Translations under genes and position numbers: made by a program
Source: Bacilli bacterium
Lineage (GTDB): Bacteria; Bacillota_I; Bacilli_A; RF39; UBA660
Reading direction: 5' to 3'
Assembly (NCBI GenBank): GCA_050948885.1
Contig: JBMNER010000004.1
Location: 18,965 to 82,964 of the forward strand
DNA: 64,000 nt
The notes under the pieces: model-generated
Told to the model about the DNA's origin: nothing
The model's database searches: none
Seen by the model: the letters and a program-made list of their open reading frames with translations, nothing else
In this document: positions 9,510-19,357 of the stretch, piece by piece
How positions within the stretch are numbered: position 1 is the stretch's first letter
Layout: the number at the start of each line of letters is the position of its first letter

Positions 9510-10523
9510 TTATTTCATCATTTGTAAATAATTTAAGGCATCACTAAATGTTAAAACCTTAAGTATTTGTATATTATAATTGTTTTTATCGAGTAAGTCA
9601 AGAGCTTCTTGATAATTCCCGCTTGGAGCAAGAAAAATATCCGCCTTTTTATTAACCGCTGCTTTTAGTTTATATTCTAGTCCACTAATGGACCCCACAT
9701 TTCCATTTAAATCAAGGGTTCCCGTCCCAACAATTCTTTTACCTTTAGTAATATCTTCTTTTGTTAGTTTATTATAGATAGTAAGCGCTAACATTAAACC
9801 TCCTGAGGGACCTGATTCGTTTTCCGTAAAATGATAAGTAATAACAGGGTTAGTCGTATAATCAAGTTTAGGGATAATATAAATACCCGTTATTTTATGA
9901 TTTTGGTAATTAAAAACCTTAATAGTTTTATTTTTAATCATATTAGTTTCATCTTTAACTAATAAAGATATACTATCACCTATTTTAGTTTGTTCAACCG
10001 CTTTTAGGTAATCATTAATATCCTGCATTTTCACCCTGTTGAGGCTTAAAATCTCATCTTTTACTTTTAAATTAGTCATCGCTTCTTCCGCCACATAAAC
10101 AACATAGAACTTTCTATCAGTTATCTTAACTTCTTTGTTTAATAGCTTATAAACATATGTGGTGGCATTTTGAATAGAATCAATTAAAAATAAGCGATCA
10201 CGATAACGCACATCTTCTTCCTCTTCGGTTTTTGTTCCCCCCTCTTCTGTTTTAACTAATTCCCAACTGGGGATAACATATGACAAAAGGATGGTTGGAA
10301 TAGTACCTTTTAATTCATTAACATAGGCAAAGTTAAAACTACCCTTTGGTTGATATTCATCGTCAATAGTTACTTTCTGGTTGATATTCATAATACCCCC
10401 TGAAGTATAAATATGATATGGCAAGGGATAAGTAAAACAAAGATAAAGCAAGGTAAAAAAAATAATCGGCTTGATGTTTTCCTGCAAATATTGTTTTATT
10501 TTTTCATATACTTTACTATACAA
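9510..10523 (-). CDS. Membrane-anchored PDZ / Lon-like (S16) protease, YlbL/SepM family
   Basis: N-terminal TM helix and a C-terminal Lon proteolytic motif GPSGGLMLALTIY...KLKAAVNKKADIFLAP. Confidence 0.75.
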   Translation of the reverse strand: MYSKVYEKIKQYLQENIKPIIFFTLLYLCFTYPLPYHIYTSGGIMNINQKVTIDDEYQPKGSFNFAYVNELKGTIPTILLSYVIPSWELVKTEEGGTKTEEEEDVRYRDRLFLIDSIQNATTYVYKLLNKEVKITDRKFYVVYVAEEAMTNLKVKDEILSLNRVKMQDINDYLKAVEQTKIGDSISLLVKDETNMIKNKTIKVFNYQNHKITGIYIIPKLDYTTNPVITYHFTENESGPSGGLMLALTIYNKLTKEDITKGKRIVGTGTLDLNGNVGSISGLEYKLKAAVNKKADIFLAPSGNYQEALDLLDKNNYNIQILKVLTFSDALNYLQMMK

Positions 10524-10573
10524 AATATCAACTCTCTCTTATATTCTAATTATAGCAAAATAAAGGGGTAATT

Positions 10574-11557
10574 ATGAGACAAAAAGTAGGAACCATCGTG
10601 ATTATTGTCATGGTTTTATTTATTGGTTATGAGATGTTAACCGACGCTAGAGAAATATTAGATTCCGTTAAGTTTTCTTTACAAATCTGGCTAGAGAACA
10701 TCTTCCCTTCTCTTTTCCCTTTTTTTGTTTTATCAGAAATATTAATTAAATTAGGCTTTGTTGAATTTATGGGCGAGATTTTTAACCCCTTAATGAAATT
10801 ACTATTTAAAGCTAGAGGGGAAGCTGGTTTTGTTTTAGCGATGAGTATGTTATCAGGGTTTCCTAGTGGGGCGAAATATACTAAAGAACTTTATGATGCC
10901 AAAATCATTAACGAACATGAAGCAACGAAATTATTAACCTTTACCCACTTTTCTAGTCCCATGTTTATTTATGGAACTATTGCCGTTTCTTTTTTAAATA
11001 ACGCGGAAGTGGGTTTATTAATTTTAATAATTCATGTTATCACTAATTTTATTATTGGATATATCTTTAAAAATTATTATATTAGTAATAATAATCAACA
11101 CCCCTTTTCTTTAAAAAAAGCTTTCATAAAAATGCATCATAAAAGAATTAATAATCAAGAAGACTTTGGTCAAATAATTACTAGTGCCCTACTAAACACG
11201 ATTAATACTTTGTTGTTAATTCTAGGCGTTATATCAATGTTCTTAATTATTACAACTATTATTAATAATAATATCGCGGTTAACATCTATACTAAATCAA
11301 TCCTCAATGGAATATTTGAAGTAACCCAAGGTTTAAAATATATTAGTATATTAGATTTTCCCTTAAAAATAAAAACAATCTTATCAACTATGTTTATCTC
11401 CTTTGGGGGTTTAAGTGTCCATATGCAAGTCATTAGTATTATTAGTGAGACCAAAATAAAATATCTACCCTTTTTAGTGGCTAGAGTAATGCATACCGCT
11501 ATAGCTGGTATTTTGGTTTATCTTTTATTTGATATATGGTTAAATATATATCTGTGA
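10574..11557 (+). CDS. YlbJ-like sporulation integral membrane protein (nucleoside-recognition / Gate domain)
   Basis: Polytopic membrane protein with FPFFVLSEIL and SGFPSGAKYT Gate-domain motifs. Divergent from the ylbL-like gene, as in Bacillus. Confidence 0.65.
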   Translation: MRQKVGTIVIIVMVLFIGYEMLTDAREILDSVKFSLQIWLENIFPSLFPFFVLSEILIKLGFVEFMGEIFNPLMKLLFKARGEAGFVLAMSMLSGFPSGAKYTKELYDAKIINEHEATKLLTFTHFSSPMFIYGTIAVSFLNNAEVGLLILIIHVITNFIIGYIFKNYYISNNNQHPFSLKKAFIKMHHKRINNQEDFGQIITSALLNTINTLLLILGVISMFLIITTIINNNIAVNIYTKSILNGIFEVTQGLKYISILDFPLKIKTILSTMFISFGGLSVHMQVISIISETKIKYLPFLVARVMHTAIAGILVYLLFDIWLNIYL

Positions 11558-11568
11558 TGATAAATTAG

Positions 11569-12690
11569 TTACCACCAATTAGATATAAATTGTATTTCCT
11601 CGGTAGTTAAAACTCGATTATAAATACGTATATCATCAATCGCCCCATGAAAAGGTAAACCTGGGGTGTAAAAGTGATCACCTATTTTAAAAGGAAAACT
11701 TACATCCATCTTTTGTATACCACCTATTACTTCCGCTTCAAGGTTGCCATCTATATAAAGAGTATTTTTGTCGGTATTTTTATCACACACGACTACAACA
11801 TGGTGCCACTTACCCCTTAAATCGGTATTACCTTTTAAATCAAGTCTACTAGGCCACCAAAACCGTAAAGTTCCATTTGTATAGCCTTCCAAGTTAAAAC
11901 TAATCTTCTTATTATAGTTACCAATAATAACACCAACGGGTTCCTCGTTTGCCACATTATCAAATTTAACCCACGCCGAAATAGTTAGTTCCTTAGATAA
12001 GCCCCAGAGCGTCCTACTAGTAATTTCAATATAACTATTACCATTAAAATAATAGGCTTTATTCGCATCACCAAAGCGGTCTGGGCATGGGGTAGCGCCC
12101 GTAACAGTACCATGATTTAAATTGCCTGAGTAATCATCCGCATTACCATCAAACTTATACCAGGCAATAAGACCAGTATTAATTATACCGACATGTTCTT
12201 CATTATTATTATATAAATAATTAATATTAATCCCATAATCACCGGGAATATCAATATGCTCAATGGCAATAATTAGTTTAAAAAGAGCATTTTCTCTATT
12301 TTTATCAGTGATTGGATATGACTCTTGTTTTATAACAAAGTCAGTAATATAACTTTCTTCAACTAAATGATATTCATTATCGCCGTAGGTAATTATATTA
12401 TCATCAATATTAACCTCTAATCTTTTAGAGCCAATATTAGAATAATTAATTAAAATGCAATTTTGTTGATCTGGGCAATTTATAATCTCCTCAACAATAT
12501 TATTAGTAAGATCAGCATTAATATCTTTAGTTAGATTAACTTGAAGGTTAGTGAGTTCCCCCTTGATTATAGTAAACTGTTGTTGTTCACGAACATTAAA
12601 AATAGTCGTCATTAGAAAATAACTAATCATACTTAAAAAAATAAACCCAATTAATAATTCAAAAACGGTAAAACCTTTATTATTAAACAT
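11569..12690 (-). CDS. Prepilin-type (class III signal peptide) protein with a C-terminal LamG / concanavalin-A-like lectin domain
   Basis: N-terminus MFNNKG|FTVFELLIGF has G at -1 and E at +5. The C-terminus carries LamG motifs AYYFNGNSYIEI, WHHVVVVCD, LYIDGN and DDIRIYNRVLTTEEI. Confidence 0.7.
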   Translation of the reverse strand: MFNNKGFTVFELLIGFIFLSMISYFLMTTIFNVREQQQFTIIKGELTNLQVNLTKDINADLTNNIVEEIINCPDQQNCILINYSNIGSKRLEVNIDDNIITYGDNEYHLVEESYITDFVIKQESYPITDKNRENALFKLIIAIEHIDIPGDYGININYLYNNNEEHVGIINTGLIAWYKFDGNADDYSGNLNHGTVTGATPCPDRFGDANKAYYFNGNSYIEITSRTLWGLSKELTISAWVKFDNVANEEPVGVIIGNYNKKISFNLEGYTNGTLRFWWPSRLDLKGNTDLRGKWHHVVVVCDKNTDKNTLYIDGNLEAEVIGGIQKMDVSFPFKIGDHFYTPGLPFHGAIDDIRIYNRVLTTEEIQFISNWW

Positions 12691-12719
12691 ATGCCCTCCT
12701 CATGAAATAAGTTAATATA

Positions 12720-15101
12720 TTAATTTTCCAGTAAATAAATATACTGTACTTCTTTATCCGATAGAGCGCGGTTATAAATACGAACCTCATCAATTTTGCC
12801 GTAAAACTGGCGCGCTAAACTTTCCGCCCCAATATTTAAAGAAGCAGAAATAACGCCACCACCAGTTGTGGTAACGGTTTTCAGTAACTCGCCATTTATA
12901 TATAAACGGTTATGATTTCCATCCCAAGAGGTACAAGTAAAAGTCCATTTATTTAAAGGAATAACGCCACCCCGAGTAGAATGATAACCAGCGGGAGTAG
13001 TCCCATAATAATGGGACTGCAAGGAACCATCATTAGCTAAAGTCAAATAATAACCATTCGGATTAGTACTTTGTAAAATGGTGCTTCTCTCTAAGGGATA
13101 CTTTGTGGGATTAACCCAGGCACAAAGAGTTAATGTACCACCAACTGGTGATGTGTTAGTTAAAATATATTTCCAACCACTAATACCAAACTGATAAGTT
13201 CCTTCGCCTACCTTACCGTCTTTAACCCATTTTGGAGTAGTCGCCGGTTGTAAGGTTCCATTATTACCTTTTGACGAATAATCCTTAACAATTCCGGAGC
13301 GAGTACCATTAACAAAAGGACTCACATAAGTTTTGGCCTCCATTTGCGGGGCACAAAACCAAGTTCTAGTACCAGGATCTCCAATGGCGCCCGCATAAGA
13401 AAAATTAAAAGATAAACTATCTGATTGACTATCAGTAGGATTAACAAAACTTGGCCAAACTATACGATGCCAGTTACCATCATTAGGAACGGTAATATAT
13501 TCACTCCAATACCTACCTACCTCCGCGTTATCTGCCGTATAGAATCTAATACTAAAATTAGAATCCTTTGTTTTTATATATAAAGATACTGTATAGGTTT
13601 CACCAGCTACTTGCGGGGCATAATCACCATACGAAAACCAATAACCCGCTGTATTCCCCCGATCAAAACCAACCACTGGAGAAGTAGGAACTTCCAAAGG
13701 GGGTAATATCTCATTATAAACAATATTTGTTTGATAGGTTTTAGTCCACCCTGTATCTAAATTAGTATTAGTAATAACATTCTTGGTTGGTTCTTGAAAA
13801 TCATCAAACTTATAATGACCTATTAACCCATCAGTTATATTAATATCCCAATCTTCAACCAACATTCTTAAATCGGCTAAAGTATACCAGTCATCTCCAT
13901 AGTAATAAAGAGTTCTCGTTTCAATTACGGGATACATACCAGTTGGGGCTTCACCATCTATCCACTCGGAGAAAGTATCCTCAGTCGCCCAAGAAAACCC
14001 AGTCACATTAGATAGATGTTGATCATTATCACTATAATCATTCAGAGTGGTTCCCTTTCCTTCACTTAATTTATAGTAATATAATAAATTTCCAGACTTA
14101 TTAATATTGTTAGTATTATACATACTATGACTAATTTCTACCGGGGTTAATACCTTTGACCACACCTTAACTTCTTTAATTCCACCATCAAAATGATATC
14201 TATCGTTTAAATACCAACGAGCCAGTCTAAATGAAGAGCCAGCAGGACTATAGTAAGTTGGTGCCGTTCCTTCATATTTACCATTAATATATAATTTTGA
14301 ATTAGTACCATCAAAAGTAACCGCAATATGATGCCATTGTCTTACTGAAGGATATCCCCTATCACTAAAATAGTTAACGGCCCCATCCCCAGCATTTAAA
14401 ATTATTCTATTAGTGGAAAAATATAAATTAAGATTTTTTGTCGTCTCTAAAGCCCATAACATTTTACGATCCCAAGTATTCGCAAAGGCCCACATTTCAA
14501 TTGTTATGGTCGCGGGAATGGTTTTATTAATCGTTATATAATTCGTTAACCCATTAAAAGTAGCATATCCCCTTTTATAACGGTATTGTTGTTTTGTGGG
14601 ATAAGCATATTCACTCCCTAACGTAAAGGAAGAAAAAGTACCGTCGTTAAGTTCTAAAATAATGCGGTATTCACCTGGATTATCCTTGTTTTTTTGTAGA
14701 TATTTTAGATACTGTTTAAAACGATGAGAAAAAGCACTCGGATTATTATTAATTATTGTTTGTAAATCATAAGGCGTTAAAATAGCCATTTTAATATCCA
14801 TTTCTCCTATTAAGCCCTCACAATAAGAGGTAAATTCAATAGGGGCTGAACAAGTAGTCAAATTAAAATAAGAATTGTTATTTAAAGTAGCCATTATTTC
14901 ATCATAGTTATCTTTTGCTAAAAAGGTAGCAATATTACGAGCTTTATAAACATTAGAAACCTTACTATAAGTTTCAAACTCTCGATATTGAGCAAAAATA
15001 AGCAAAAACTGACTAAAAACAAATAAAAAAGCCACCATTAGTATCACTGATACAACCAAAGTTTCAGTTAATATAAACCCTTGTGAACTACTTCTTTTCA
15101 T
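12720..15101 (-). CDS. Giant (793 aa) prepilin-type protein with two LamG lectin domains and a central jelly-roll-like module
   Basis: N-terminus MKRSSSQG|FILTETLVV. First LamG domain has WHHIAVTFDG, LYINGK and IKEVKVWSKVLTPVEI. Second has LNKWTFTCTSWDG, LYINGELL and DEVRIYNRALSDKEV. AGGAGTGA ribosome-binding site. Confidence 0.7.
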   Translation of the reverse strand: MKRSSSQGFILTETLVVSVILMVAFLFVFSQFLLIFAQYREFETYSKVSNVYKARNIATFLAKDNYDEIMATLNNNSYFNLTTCSAPIEFTSYCEGLIGEMDIKMAILTPYDLQTIINNNPSAFSHRFKQYLKYLQKNKDNPGEYRIILELNDGTFSSFTLGSEYAYPTKQQYRYKRGYATFNGLTNYITINKTIPATITIEMWAFANTWDRKMLWALETTKNLNLYFSTNRIILNAGDGAVNYFSDRGYPSVRQWHHIAVTFDGTNSKLYINGKYEGTAPTYYSPAGSSFRLARWYLNDRYHFDGGIKEVKVWSKVLTPVEISHSMYNTNNINKSGNLLYYYKLSEGKGTTLNDYSDNDQHLSNVTGFSWATEDTFSEWIDGEAPTGMYPVIETRTLYYYGDDWYTLADLRMLVEDWDINITDGLIGHYKFDDFQEPTKNVITNTNLDTGWTKTYQTNIVYNEILPPLEVPTSPVVGFDRGNTAGYWFSYGDYAPQVAGETYTVSLYIKTKDSNFSIRFYTADNAEVGRYWSEYITVPNDGNWHRIVWPSFVNPTDSQSDSLSFNFSYAGAIGDPGTRTWFCAPQMEAKTYVSPFVNGTRSGIVKDYSSKGNNGTLQPATTPKWVKDGKVGEGTYQFGISGWKYILTNTSPVGGTLTLCAWVNPTKYPLERSTILQSTNPNGYYLTLANDGSLQSHYYGTTPAGYHSTRGGVIPLNKWTFTCTSWDGNHNRLYINGELLKTVTTTGGGVISASLNIGAESLARQFYGKIDEVRIYNRALSDKEVQYIYLLEN

Positions 15102-15118
15102 TTAATTCACTCCTATTG

Positions 15119-15147
15119 TTGATAATATCTTGATATTATTATATAAT
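15119..15147 (+). promoter_or_regulatory. Sigma-A-type promoter for the ComGA-like ATPase gene: -35 TTGATA (15119-24), 17-nt spacer, -10 TATAAT (15142-47)
   Basis: Near-consensus hexamers with optimal spacing. A divergent minus-strand promoter (TTGACT, 17 nt, TATTAT) at about 15140..15171 would serve the LamG-pilin operon. Confidence 0.5.
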
Positions 15148-15189
15148 AATATTATGATAAATACTAGTCAAATTTAAAGGGGTCATAGT

Positions 15190-16551
15190 ATGATTAGAAC
15201 ATTCGATTATGAAAAGGTTCCCATTGTTGAAGTTGTTAACGAAATATTAATTGATGCGGTTAAAAGGGGCGCAAGTGATGTTCATTTTGACCCTCATGAT
15301 GAGCACCTAAGAGTACGTATTAGGATAGATGGGGAATTAATGGACTATTCTTTTGTTCCTAACACTTTAAAAAGAAATTTAATTACCAGGGTTAAAATTA
15401 TTGCGGGCATGAATATTACTGAAAGTAGATTGCCCCAAGATGGTTCTATAAAAACGAATTTAAAAGATACTAACTTAGACCTGCGGGTTTCTAGTTTACC
15501 AACTAATTTAGGTGAAAAAATAGTGATTCGGATTCTTGATTATACGATGAGTTTAAAAGGGCTTGAATATTTAGGTTTTAGTGAAAAAAACTATCGTAAA
15601 ATATCAGAGATTATTAAAGTTCCTAATGGTATTATTTTGGTTACTGGGGCCACTGGTACTGGTAAGTCAACCACCGTTTATGCGATTTTGCAGAAGTTAA
15701 ATTCGCGGGATCGTAACCTAATCGCCGTTGAAGATCCAATTGAAATGGAGCTTGATGGGATTAATCAAGTCCAAGTTAATAGTGATATTGGTTTAACCTT
15801 TGCGAATTGTTTAAGATCTATTTTAAGGCAAGACCCTGATATTATTATGATTGGGGAAATTCGGGACGTTGAAACAGCTAAAATAGCCGTGCGAGCATCA
15901 ATTACCGGTCACTTAGTACTATCAACCTTACATACTAATAACTCACTTAATACCATTGAGCGGTTACTGGATATGAATGTTGAGAGATACTTATTAGCGA
16001 GTGCTTTAACTGGGATTGTTTCTCAAAAACTGGCCCGAAAATTATGTTCTAAATGTCAAAAGTTAAGAGCCGTTAATGAATATGAGAAAACAATCTTTAA
16101 AACCGTACTAGGGATTGATATTAAAGAGATACCAACAACTGGTAGTTGTGGGGCTTGTTCTAACGGTTATAAAGGGAGAGTAGCGATTCATGAAGTACTA
16201 GAAATAAACCAAAATATTAGAGATGCGATTGCCGATGGAGTTCGCAAAGATATTTTAAGGGAATTGGTTTATAAATCAGATGTTACTACCCTACTACAAG
16301 ATGGTTTAGAAAAAGTAATCGCTGGGGAAACAACCTTAGAGGAAATACTAAAAATTATCGAATTTGAAGATGAAGGAGCGGTTGATATAAAGGATAAAGA
16401 TAATGCGCTTCGAAATGCGATTATAGATAGCGTTAAATCTGGTAACCAACCAGATAAAAAAACAAGTGACAAAACAAATAATTATGATGATTCGGTAAAT
16501 TATAAAGAAACCTTCGAAGAAAAAACGGAGATACCGGAATTATTACTATAA
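15190..16551 (+). CDS. Type II secretion / type IV pilus assembly ATPase (GspE/PilB/ComGA family) with C-terminal tetra-Cys motif and an acidic ~70-aa tail
   Basis: Walker A GATGTGKST, Asp box, His box, CSKC...CGAC zinc-finger motif. AAAGGGG ribosome-binding site. Confidence 0.9.
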   Translation: MIRTFDYEKVPIVEVVNEILIDAVKRGASDVHFDPHDEHLRVRIRIDGELMDYSFVPNTLKRNLITRVKIIAGMNITESRLPQDGSIKTNLKDTNLDLRVSSLPTNLGEKIVIRILDYTMSLKGLEYLGFSEKNYRKISEIIKVPNGIILVTGATGTGKSTTVYAILQKLNSRDRNLIAVEDPIEMELDGINQVQVNSDIGLTFANCLRSILRQDPDIIMIGEIRDVETAKIAVRASITGHLVLSTLHTNNSLNTIERLLDMNVERYLLASALTGIVSQKLARKLCSKCQKLRAVNEYEKTIFKTVLGIDIKEIPTTGSCGACSNGYKGRVAIHEVLEINQNIRDAIADGVRKDILRELVYKSDVTTLLQDGLEKVIAGETTLEEILKIIEFEDEGAVDIKDKDNALRNAIIDSVKSGNQPDKKTSDKTNNYDDSVNYKETFEEKTEIPELLL

Positions 16552-16554
16552 AAA

Positions 16555-16575
16555 AGAGGATTAATAAAATCCTCT
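16555..16575. terminator. Hairpin AGAGGATT-aataa-AATCCTCT between the convergent ATPase and prepilin-peptidase genes
   Basis: Perfect 8-bp stem flanked by A5 and T3. Stronger for the minus strand. Confidence 0.5.
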
Positions 16576-17343
16576 TTAGTATTTAATTAATAACCGGTAA
16601 AAGTCTAGGGCTTTGATTTGTAATAAATATAATAAAATGGCTGAAAAACTAAGGAAAGGACCAAAGGTAATGATATTGGTCTTTTTATAATATAATATTA
16701 AAAGGGAAATAGGAAGAGCGATAAAAGCGCTGATAACAGTAACAAAAATACCTAATTCAACCCCTAAGACCAGCCCAATAAAAAACATTAATTTAACATC
16801 GCCACCACCAAGAGATTCTTTTTTAAAAAGATAGTCACCTAATAACTTAAGTAAAAACATAAAAATAAAAGAGGCACCACCATTAAGTATCGCAATTAAG
16901 GCATAGGGTAAGCCCTTAAAAATAGTAATTTCAACAATAATAAGGAAAGCTGATAAAAGAATAATTTCATCAGGAATAATCAGGTACTTTAAATCACTAA
17001 TGATAATAATAATTAAACCAGAAATAAAGGTTAAAGCGATTATTAGTTCATAACTTAAACCAAACACCATAAAACTAAACATAAATAATAAGCCAGTTAA
17101 TAACTCAAAGGCGGGATACAAAAAAGAAATTTTCATCTTACACTTTGTACACTTACCAAGTTGAAAAAGAAAAGAAAAAAGAGGAATTAATTCCCAAAAA
17201 CCTAGTCTCTTTTGACAAGATGGGCAATGCGAAGGTGGTAAAATAATAGACTGATGCATTGGTAATCTAAGGCCAACAACATTAAAAAATGAGCCACAAA
17301 TTAAACCAAAGAGAAAGAAAATAAAGCTGTAGTAAATAGTCAT
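16576..17343 (-). CDS. Prepilin peptidase (A24 family; PilD/ComC)
   Basis: N-terminal CPSC...CTKC tetracysteine box, polytopic membrane protein with a GGGDVKL-containing catalytic region. Confidence 0.85.
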   Translation of the reverse strand: MTIYYSFIFFLFGLICGSFFNVVGLRLPMHQSIILPPSHCPSCQKRLGFWELIPLFSFLFQLGKCTKCKMKISFLYPAFELLTGLLFMFSFMVFGLSYELIIALTFISGLIIIIISDLKYLIIPDEIILLSAFLIIVEITIFKGLPYALIAILNGGASFIFMFLLKLLGDYLFKKESLGGGDVKLMFFIGLVLGVELGIFVTVISAFIALPISLLILYYKKTNIITFGPFLSFSAILLYLLQIKALDFYRLLIKY

Positions 17344-17357
17344 AGATAACTCCTTTT

Positions 17358-19259
17358 TTAAAATTGCTCATACATAGAAAACATTGGAACCACAATTGAT
17401 AATAAAATAATACCAACAATTATTGATAATATAACAATCATCACCGGTTCAATAAAATTTTTCACTTGGGTAATCGCAAGACGATGTTGTTCTTGGTAGT
17501 AATCACCTACCCGATTCATCATTGACCCTAGTTCCCCGGTTCTCTCCCCGGTAACTAACATTTCATAAGCGACTGATGGAAAAGCCCAATTATCCTTAAA
17601 AGCCGCCGATAAAACGTCACCGCGCGCTACATTCGTAATAGAATCTTCAATAATAAATTTATAAATTTCATTATCGGTAATTTTACTTAAAATTTCCATA
17701 CTGGCAGTAATATAGACATTATGAGTTAATAAGGAACCGAAAGTTTTAGTAAATATAGTCACCTCATTATAAATAATAATCTTACCGATAACCGGTAAAT
17801 TCATCAATACCCATTGTACTAGATATCTGAAAAAACGAACAGTTCTATATAGTAATCTTAATAAAATAATAACAATAATAAGACCACCAACTAAATAGAA
17901 AATATTTTTACGGAGAAAATCACTAGTATTGATAACTATTAAAGTAATTGCCGGAATATCAGCTTCCATATTCCTAAACATGTCAACAAACTGCGGCACA
18001 ATGTAAATCATAACAAAAACAATAACCCCAGTGGCCATAACTAAAACCCCCGTTGGGTATAACATCGCTGATACCATCTGACTTCTCGTTTTTTGAGCCG
18101 AATCATAATATTCAGCCATATCATCCAATACCTCGGATAACTTACCGGTCATTTCCGCCGTTTTAATCATATTAATAAGTAAACGGGGAAAAGCAATATT
18201 TTGTTTTTCCAGCGCTTCACTAAAATTATCCCCCATCACTAACTCATAAACAACCGCTTGTAAGACTTTAGTAAGTCGCCGATTTTTAGTTTGACGAGAT
18301 AGAATTTTAACCGCGTCAACTAAAGGGATTCCCGCTTTTAAATAAGTAGATAACTGAGTTAATAAAAAAGTTAAATCTTTTAGTTTAATGCGGTAATTTT
18401 TAATGGCGCCAGAATGAAAGAATTGAATCCATTTTGAGGTTTTAATCTCATAAACTTCAGCGCCTTCGGCTAATAAGTAGGAATGAACATCCATTTTAGA
18501 GAAAGCATCAAAATAACCACTAATAATCCGCCCCTCGGCATTTTTAACTAGATACTTATAAGTTACTTTAGCTTCTGATCGTTCTTCATCTTGTTCTAAA
18601 AAGTCAACTAGTAGAACTTTTCGCTGAATATCACGGCGATTGCGGATTTGTTTAACAATGGTGAGATTATTATACCTTCTAATAAAATATTTTTTAACAT
18701 CTTGCCACCATATTTTAGCGTTTTCTCTTTTAATCATAAAATATTGTTTAAGACCCGCTACTAATTTTCGTGGATAAGCTAAAATTGGAAAAACAAGTCT
18801 ATCTTTTATAAAAAGAATTATTTTTATGATAACGTTTTTAATACCAATAAGAAGTTGACGAAAACCATTAAATATTTGTTGCGTGATAAAAAACAGACCC
18901 CGGCCAAAATTTATCACTATCATAATAATAAATTGGTAGATTTTTTTAATAAGATGGGAAATCCCCACAATAATATATTTAAAAAAGAGTAAAATTAAAT
19001 AAATTAATTTATAAAATCCTTGATAAATAATGATTAATAAAGTTTTTAAACCAACACCAAAATAAAGAAAGATTAATGATATTGACTTAAAAAGAAAACT
19101 AACTAATAGTTTTGTTTGCTTGATAATTAACTTTACTAAATAAAATAAACCCCGACCAAAGAATTTAATAATAAGAACTGGGATGGTTATTAAATATGAA
19201 ACAAAATAATAGACATAAATAAAAGGACGTAGTAAAACCGCGAAGTTCATATCTAACAC
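17358..19259 (-). CDS. GspF/PilC/ComGB-family platform protein with an unusual ~220-aa polytopic N-terminal extension
   Basis: The C-terminal ~400 aa show the GspF double-domain pattern (two cytoplasmic domains separated by TM helices). The N-terminal extension repeats the motif FGRGLF and is very hydrophobic. Confidence 0.85.
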   Translation of the reverse strand: MLDMNFAVLLRPFIYVYYFVSYLITIPVLIIKFFGRGLFYLVKLIIKQTKLLVSFLFKSISLIFLYFGVGLKTLLIIIYQGFYKLIYLILLFFKYIIVGISHLIKKIYQFIIMIVINFGRGLFFITQQIFNGFRQLLIGIKNVIIKIILFIKDRLVFPILAYPRKLVAGLKQYFMIKRENAKIWWQDVKKYFIRRYNNLTIVKQIRNRRDIQRKVLLVDFLEQDEERSEAKVTYKYLVKNAEGRIISGYFDAFSKMDVHSYLLAEGAEVYEIKTSKWIQFFHSGAIKNYRIKLKDLTFLLTQLSTYLKAGIPLVDAVKILSRQTKNRRLTKVLQAVVYELVMGDNFSEALEKQNIAFPRLLINMIKTAEMTGKLSEVLDDMAEYYDSAQKTRSQMVSAMLYPTGVLVMATGVIVFVMIYIVPQFVDMFRNMEADIPAITLIVINTSDFLRKNIFYLVGGLIIVIILLRLLYRTVRFFRYLVQWVLMNLPVIGKIIIYNEVTIFTKTFGSLLTHNVYITASMEILSKITDNEIYKFIIEDSITNVARGDVLSAAFKDNWAFPSVAYEMLVTGERTGELGSMMNRVGDYYQEQHRLAITQVKNFIEPVMIVILSIIVGIILLSIVVPMFSMYEQF

Positions 19260-19357
19260 CCACCTCCTATTATACTATAAAAAATTATATCATATATATA
19301 CACTTTTTAAAACTTTTTTCCGATAATTACATATATTATTTTAAGGGGGTAGTTATT

